The notes under the pieces were generated by a model. That model was not told where the DNA came from, did no database searches, and was given only the letters and a program-made list of their open reading frames with translations. The position numbers and the translations under genes were made by a program. Below are positions 25,893-30,391 of a stretch of 30,391 bases of DNA, one piece after another (the first letter of the stretch is position 1; the number at the start of each line of letters is the position of its first letter). The stretch spans positions 1-30,391 of IMG/VR virus record IMGVR_UViG_3300043444_000408; one strand, written 5' to 3'. This DNA is from a virus. Taxonomy: Duplodnaviria; Caudoviricetes.

Positions 25893-26344
25893 GCTTTGCA
25901 CTTTCAGTCCGCAGCCTTGAGAAACTTCGTGGTGTCGATGAGAAGCTAATCGCATGCGTGCGTCGAGCAATCGAGATCACAAGCGTAGACTTTGGCGTGG
26001 TCGAAGGGCTGCGCTCGCGTGAGCGTCAGATCGAGCTGTACGAAAAAGGCGCCAGCCAAATCCGTGAAGGCGGCAAGCATGTCGAAGGCAGGGCTGTTGA
26101 CCTGATGGCATACCTTGGCGACCGCGGGAGCTGGGAGCTAAACCTATACGACAACATTGCCGATGCCATGAAGCAGGCGGCAATCGAGAACAATGTGCCC
26201 ATGCGATGGGGCGCGGCGTGGAATGTGCCGGATATCCGGCTATGGCGTGGCACAATGGAGGAGGCAATGAACTACTACATCGATGAGTGCCGAAAGCAAA
26301 ACAAGCGCCCGTTTATTGACGCTCCACACTTTGAATTGGCGTGA
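25889..26344 (+). CDS. Endolysin, M15 family (L-Ala-D-Glu peptidase-like)
   Basis: Motifs EGLRS.ERQ..LY..GAS, KH..G.AVDL (Zn ligands H and D), RWG..W and FIDAPHFEL. Confidence 0.88.
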   Translation: MSFALSVRSLEKLRGVDEKLIACVRRAIEITSVDFGVVEGLRSRERQIELYEKGASQIREGGKHVEGRAVDLMAYLGDRGSWELNLYDNIADAMKQAAIENNVPMRWGAAWNVPDIRLWRGTMEEAMNYYIDECRKQNKRPFIDAPHFELA

Positions 26345-26406
26345 TAAACTAAAGTCGGTTTTTTCAGTAGTTGTCTCCTTCACATCTCCTTGTGAACAAA
26401 GTGATT

Positions 26407-26436
26407 ACCCGGGGCGCAAAACCCCGGGTTTTTTTT
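26407..26436 (+). terminator. Rho-independent terminator ending the late region
   Basis: Stem ACCCGGGG / CCCCGGGT with a 7-nt loop, then a T-run to 26436. Lies between convergent gene blocks. Confidence 0.9.
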
Positions 26437-26438
26437 CG

Positions 26439-26699
26439 TCAGTATTTTGGGGCGCATGTGACATCCACCACGATGTCAGTCGTGTATCCATTCACCTTGC
26501 GCTTCCCGTAGATCATGCTTGCCCGCAGTCCGCTGTTGTGGCACTCAGTCACTGCGCTGATGACCTCGTTGCGGCTCATTGGGTTTACATGTTTGTCGAG
26601 CACCAGATCCTGATGCTTGGCGACCGGCGCATCCCCAGAAGGGGAGGAAGCACAGCCCACCAAACCCAGAACCAGCATACCTACAATTGTCTTCTTCAT
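26439..26699 (-). CDS. Small lipoprotein
   Basis: ATG at 26699 after GAGG. MKKTIVGMLVLGLVGC signal with lipobox, and two further Cys; 86 aa. Confidence 0.75.
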   Translation of the reverse strand: MKKTIVGMLVLGLVGCASSPSGDAPVAKHQDLVLDKHVNPMSRNEVISAVTECHNSGLRASMIYGKRKVNGYTTDIVVDVTCAPKY

Positions 26700-26706
26700 G
26701 ATGCCC

Positions 26707-26910
26707 TCACTGTTGTTGTTTGTTGATTGTTGCGTAGTTACGCTCCTCAAAAGCCTCAATGTCCTCCAGCCGGTAGCGCACGGTGGCGTTGCGACCTTCG
26801 CCGATCTTCATGTAGCTGGGACCGGTGTTTGCCACACGCCACTTTCGCAGCGTGTTCTCGGCAATCTTCCAGCGTTTCGACAGCTCCTCAGTCGTTAGCC
26901 ATGTGGTCAT
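26707..26910 (-). CDS. Excisionase/AlpA-like winged-HTH DNA-binding protein
   Basis: 67 aa with WLTTEELSKRWKI...TLRKWR....GP.YMKIG.....VRYRLEDI.AFE. Confidence 0.85.
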   Translation of the reverse strand: MTTWLTTEELSKRWKIAENTLRKWRVANTGPSYMKIGEGRNATVRYRLEDIEAFEERNYATINKQQQ

Positions 26911-27745
26911 TGCCTGCGCCCTCCGTCACTGCCGCTGGCGCGTCGATAATCTCGCCGGTGGCTTGGTCTACAGAATCCCCGCTAATAGCCTTTTTGAGGC
27001 GGCTGGGGCGGTTTGCGCCTTCGGCTGAGTCAGGTGCAGGGGTGATGTCAATCGGCGCTCTGGGAGCCTGCTGCACAAATCCTGAAGCCTCGTTGTCGTT
27101 GGCGATGACCTGATCCAAGTCGGCGCTCGAAGGCAGGCGCTTTGCCATACGGCGAATGACCGTCTTCTTTGCCATCTCGTCCCACCAATCAACCCACGGT
27201 CCGAACTTGCCAGCGCGGCTGGCGGCTCGCACCTTCTCGACATCGGACACCGACATCACCTCGCGGTAGATGGCGCCGTCTTTGGTTTTGGCTACAGCGT
27301 ACACAGCAATGGGCTTGCCGCGGTCTTCGCCAAGGAATGGCTTGTGCGTGATCGACTCGTTGTCGCCCAGCTCATACTCGAAGTGGTCCTTGTCGTACAC
27401 CACCTGTGCGCTGATGCTGGAAAGCTCGCCACTGTTGCGGATCTTTTTCAAGATGCCGCCGACCATTGGCATGTACTGGACCTTCTTGCCTTCTTTAGTG
27501 TTGAAGATCACGGGCGCGGCTTCGCGACCATCGAGCAGCAAACCATCTTGGGCTGCCTTCATGCAGGCGCCAAGCAGGCTGCGTCGATCAGCACCGAGCA
27601 GATCCGGGTTCATTTGGACCGCGGTTAGGGTGGTGCGAATGAACTTCTCGACCGGGATTTGCGGAGGCAGGGCTGCCGCAAACTCTGGCTGCATTTTCAC
27701 CAGCGTGCCGCGCATTGCTTCCATTGGGGTAATTTCGTTGCTCAT
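26888..27745 (-). CDS. recT: RecT-family single-strand annealing recombinase
   Basis: Motifs ALP.QI..EKF.R..LT, SLLGA.M.AAQDGL..DG.EA, GPW..WWDEMAKKTVIRR.AKRLP.S and acidic tail VDQATGEII. Confidence 0.92.
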   Translation of the reverse strand: MSNEITPMEAMRGTLVKMQPEFAAALPPQIPVEKFIRTTLTAVQMNPDLLGADRRSLLGACMKAAQDGLLLDGREAAPVIFNTKEGKKVQYMPMVGGILKKIRNSGELSSISAQVVYDKDHFEYELGDNESITHKPFLGEDRGKPIAVYAVAKTKDGAIYREVMSVSDVEKVRAASRAGKFGPWVDWWDEMAKKTVIRRMAKRLPSSADLDQVIANDNEASGFVQQAPRAPIDITPAPDSAEGANRPSRLKKAISGDSVDQATGEIIDAPAAVTEGAGNDHMAND

Positions 27746-27975
27746 TCTTCGCTCCCTTCGTGGGTGTCAGTTAAAAGATCCGATTGTTCTGCGACCAATG
27801 CAGCGACCTCGACCGTCGCGCCCTTGCCCATAAGCTGGGCGACATCGACTGCCTTTGCTACCTCGACCAGATACAGCTTGCCAGCGACATGGCGCAGCGC
27901 CTGTGCTTGGCTGGACGCCTGCACGAGATGCGACTTGCCGTTGCCGGACACTTTGTAGATGCGTTGATCTGCCAT
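27742..27975 (-). CDS. Hypothetical protein (77 aa)
   Basis: AGGAG RBS; coupled to both neighbours. RIY.V......LV.A.SQAQALRHVA motif. Confidence 0.7.
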   Translation of the reverse strand: MADQRIYKVSGNGKSHLVQASSQAQALRHVAGKLYLVEVAKAVDVAQLMGKGATVEVAALVAEQSDLLTDTHEGSEE

Positions 27976-27977
27976 GA

Positions 27978-28934
27978 TTACTTCTCCTTCTTGGGTGTGA
28001 AACGGAAATTGCGGTATCCCTTGCGGGCACCTTGATAAGTCCCGACCATGTCGGGCGTGATGAGCGTGCCAAGGCTATCCTTGGTCATGCCGCATGCGAT
28101 TGAGCCGTGGGCTGTGAGCACCTTTGATGCCGTGCCGATGCGCTCGAGAAGCTGTGCCTTGTAGGAATCCTTGATAGCTTCCATGCCGCTGATCTCGTTG
28201 CTGACCCAGCGGTACTGCTTAATCAGCTCGTTGACCGTGGCGTCTTCGGTGGCGTCAATGACCTCGCCCTCGTTGGCTTTTCCGTGAAGCTGCTTTATGA
28301 TGAAGTCAGCGTCCTTACTGTAGTCGGCTGAAGGCGGGGAATTCCTTTGCACTCGCTCCCAGAAAGCAGCCACTTTTGCGCGAATGTCTGAACCGATTTC
28401 GCGGTCGCGATTACGGTAAACAACCTTCAATTCATTGCCACCGACCAGTGCCACAAGCGCGGTCCACTCATACCCGCTGACCTCCATCTGGTGCTGGATC
28501 TGAAGCTCGATGTGCTCGGGCGCCTCGATGTTGCCCTGCCCGTCGTCGATCCAGTTTTTGTAAAACTGCAAGCTGTCCACATTTTTGATTTCCATGATGC
28601 CCTTGCCATTGGCGCTGGACAGGATCTCGAAGTCAAAGCTGGACCCGATGCGTGCGTTGATGTCGCGCATGTAGACATTGAGCTTGGCGATTTCCCAGCC
28701 CTGATCTTCTGCTGCGCCCTGCGCGATGATTGACTCGAGGCGGGTGCCCCACTTCATTCGCTCATTGGGCTGGAACTTGACGACCTGCCCGTCGCGCTTT
28801 TCGTGGAACAGCTCGAACTCAGTCTTGTACGGCGACAAACCATAGAGCGCCGAGACCTCGGTGCTGGTGATGTCTTTGACGCGCTCGCCCAGCCATTGCT
28901 GTTCGTTCTCGATTGGGATGATTACGGTACTCAT
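27978..28934 (-). CDS. YqaJ/lambda-exonuclease-like recombination nuclease
   Basis: Motifs WL..R...ITSTEVSAL.GLSPY.T, WG.RLE, SS.D......EIKN and P.H.ELQ.QHQM.V. Located near recT. Confidence 0.9.
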   Translation of the reverse strand: MSTVIIPIENEQQWLGERVKDITSTEVSALYGLSPYKTEFELFHEKRDGQVVKFQPNERMKWGTRLESIIAQGAAEDQGWEIAKLNVYMRDINARIGSSFDFEILSSANGKGIMEIKNVDSLQFYKNWIDDGQGNIEAPEHIELQIQHQMEVSGYEWTALVALVGGNELKVVYRNRDREIGSDIRAKVAAFWERVQRNSPPSADYSKDADFIIKQLHGKANEGEVIDATEDATVNELIKQYRWVSNEISGMEAIKDSYKAQLLERIGTASKVLTAHGSIACGMTKDSLGTLITPDMVGTYQGARKGYRNFRFTPKKEK

Positions 28935-28937
28935 TTA

Positions 28938-29192
28938 TCAGTCCTCCATGTAGGAAAAAATTCGTTCTTGCACATCGTCGTGGTCTTTGCTTTTCATCTT
29001 GCGCTCGAGCCACGGCGCGGGGCGTCCGCGTTGATCCAGAATCTCGTAGTCGCCGGTGCCGCCTTCTGATGGGTAACAGTTTTCAGGCGGACCGCTGATG
29101 TATGCCGGGGTGTACGACTCATAATCGGTGACCCCGATCAAGCACGGAATGCCACAAACTCTGTGCTCGATCTCGGCAATGTATTTGCTCAT
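28938..29192 (-). CDS. Conserved phage hypothetical protein (84 aa)
   Basis: Motif RV.GIPCLIGV...SGPPENCYP.EG...EILD.RGR.APWLE.K. Overlaps the upstream stop (ATGA). Confidence 0.75.
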   Translation of the reverse strand: MSKYIAEIEHRVCGIPCLIGVTDYESYTPAYISGPPENCYPSEGGTGDYEILDQRGRPAPWLERKMKSKDHDDVQERIFSYMED

Positions 29193-29359
29193 GACAGCAC
29201 CTTGAGCGTGTCTTCGTCTTCGCTGCGCGAGAACACTGTGACCTCATGGGTCTCACCTTTTTCGTCGGTGATGATCAGCGTGCGCGAGCAAAAATCTTTG
29301 TGCTCACGAATCGGCGACAGCTCGAGCTTGGTTACGCGGTGCACTGTGAATTCAGCCAT
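29189..29359 (-). CDS. Hypothetical protein (56 aa, MAEFTVHRV...)
   Basis: ATG at 29359 preceded by CACAAGGAGA. First gene after the promoter at 29391-29419. Confidence 0.7.
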   Translation of the reverse strand: MAEFTVHRVTKLELSPIREHKDFCSRTLIITDEKGETHEVTVFSRSEDEDTLKVLS

Positions 29360-29390
29360 TTTGGTTTCTCCTTGTGTGTTTGTGTTGACG

Positions 29391-29419
29391 AGTGTACCAC
29401 GGTGTTTACATGAATTCAA
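29391..29419 (-). promoter_or_regulatory. Sigma70-like promoter TTGAAT-N17-TACACT with extended -10 TG
   Basis: Minus strand reads TTGAAT tcatgtaaacaccgTGg TACACT, about 30 nt before the RBS/ATG at 29359. Confidence 0.7.
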
Positions 29420-29645
29420 CACCGTCTGTGGTGTGTTCGACTTCCCATAAGATCGTCGTCGCAAAGATCACGGCATCTGCAAATGTCATGGTCCTGTCGA
29501 AGACTGTTTGCCTGCCCTCTGGGTTCTTGGCGCCCAGCCACTGTGATTCGACCTTGATCTGCACACAATCTGGCGGGGCTGCTATCCGGCGCACGGTGAG
29601 GTGCAGCCGGTAGTCCTTGCTTGGCTTTATGGTTGCGCTTGACAT
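29406..29645 (-). CDS. Hypothetical protein (79 aa)
   Basis: AGGAGG RBS just upstream of the ATG at 29645. Overlaps the end of the upstream gene. Confidence 0.65.
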   Translation of the reverse strand: MSSATIKPSKDYRLHLTVRRIAAPPDCVQIKVESQWLGAKNPEGRQTVFDRTMTFADAVIFATTILWEVEHTTDGVEFM

Positions 29646-30013
29646 TCACCCTCCTCGACCAGCAGCGACCTTAGATCTGCGCTGTGCAAGAACCGAAGGC
29701 TGCGGTCGTTTTTCTCAAACCATTCAAGGGTTGCCTGTGCCGCGGCTTGAAACGAGCCACGAGGTACGCACACCCAACGCTTGGCGCAAAACACATTCGA
29801 GCTGACGCCGATGCGCTGGCGAGACTTGATGCCCAGAGGGCGCAAGACCTCGCGCTGAAAGCGGCGAATCTCTGCCTTAACTTCGCGACTCGGTGCTGGG
29901 CTGTCATCCCATTCGCCGGTGTCGCTTGAGCCAATGACTGCCAAAGCTGGGATTGGGTAACCGCGCCATCCATCGATGCGGTGATATCTGCGGGTTGGTT
30001 GCTTAAACCACAT
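29627..30013 (-). CDS. Hypothetical protein (128 aa, MWFKQPTRRY...)
   Basis: ATG at 30013 preceded by CACAAGGAGA, preferred over the track start at 30073. Confidence 0.65.
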   Translation of the reverse strand: MWFKQPTRRYHRIDGWRGYPIPALAVIGSSDTGEWDDSPAPSREVKAEIRRFQREVLRPLGIKSRQRIGVSSNVFCAKRWVCVPRGSFQAAAQATLEWFEKNDRSLRFLHSADLRSLLVEEGECQAQP

Positions 30014-30173
30014 GGCTGTCTCCTTGTGCGCGTGCTGCGCGTTGTTCCAAATACTCACGATAGTGACGATCAAGCTGCTCGCTGATCGGGTTGCGGCGCG
30101 TTTCCTCGAGGATCTGATTCACGCGCTCCTGCTCTTGCTGGTTCAATCTTTTGATAATGTTTAGTCCGTGCAT
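30003..30173 (-). CDS. Hypothetical protein (56 aa, MHGLNIIKRLNQQEQERV...), not in the ORF track
   Basis: Hand-translated. CACAAGGAGA RBS; fills the gap and overlaps the next start by 11 nt. Confidence 0.65.
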   Translation of the reverse strand: MHGLNIIKRLNQQEQERVNQILEETRRNPISEQLDRHYREYLEQRAARAQGDSHVV

Positions 30174-30188
30174 GGTTTTCTCCTTGTG

Positions 30189-30391
30189 TTAAACATTGCT
30201 GATGTAGTCTGCCCACTCAACGCCGTGGCGTTCTGCCACATAGTCGTATGAGCCTTTGGTCCCAGCTTGCACATCTTCACGGCTGGGGATCGTGTTGCCG
30301 TAGTAGTCCCGGGCACGGCTTTTACCCAACAGGCATACACCTGATTCAATCGCATCCATCATGGTGCGACCGTAGGAACCTTGTAGACCCC
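30189..30391 (-). CDS. Hypothetical protein, 5' truncated (...GLQGSYGRTMMDAIESG...RDYYGNTIPSR...)
   Basis: Hand-translated open frame from the window edge to TAA at 30189-30191. Ends at the next gene's RBS. Confidence 0.6.
   Translation of the reverse strand, partial: GLQGSYGRTMMDAIESGVCLLGKSRARDYYGNTIPSREDVQAGTKGSYDYVAERHGVEWADYISNV

Noticed and set aside
26707-28934. Calling the element an integrated prophage
   Set aside because: The excisionase-like HTH, RecT and YqaJ genes are compatible with a temperate lifestyle, but no integrase, att site or host gene is visible.
30161-30355. 64-aa minus-strand ORF in the track, and a suspected frameshift near 30320
   Set aside because: A different frame runs unbroken from the window edge to 30189 and abuts the next RBS. 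Recounting the T-run showed no frameshift.

Overview
The window is part of a tailed dsDNA phage genome with short-tail (podovirus) gene order resembling the Bordetella BPP-1 / Salmonella epsilon15 group. Its spanins point to a Gram-negative host. Bases 1-26344 (+) form the late region: portal (5' truncated), capsid staple, a head-fibre-like protein, a Bbp19-like protein, scaffold, major capsid, cement, tail adaptor and nozzle, three ejection proteins including a ~3030-aa giant, a tail fibre, Gly-rich tail proteins and a lysis block (holin-like genes, Dps-like gene, Rz/Rz1, M15 endolysin). Bases 26439-30391 (-) form a convergent, probably early, region: lipoprotein, excisionase-like HTH, RecT, YqaJ and small hypotheticals. 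Four observations stand out. (1) The giant ejection protein carries a ~1090-aa stack of effector-like cassettes: two ADP-ribosyltransferase-like domains, a glycosylase-like domain and an unknown domain. (2) Inside that stack a 95-aa gene is overprinted in the +1 frame, with its own sigma70-like promoter and AGGAGG RBS. (3) A phage-specific promoter-like motif, GGTACCCGTA-N17-TAnnnT, occurs three times at late module boundaries. (4) A structured 3'-terminal element displays anti-Shine-Dalgarno sequence exactly complementary to the RBS of three opposite-strand genes. All family assignments come from motif recognition and synteny; no database search was run.
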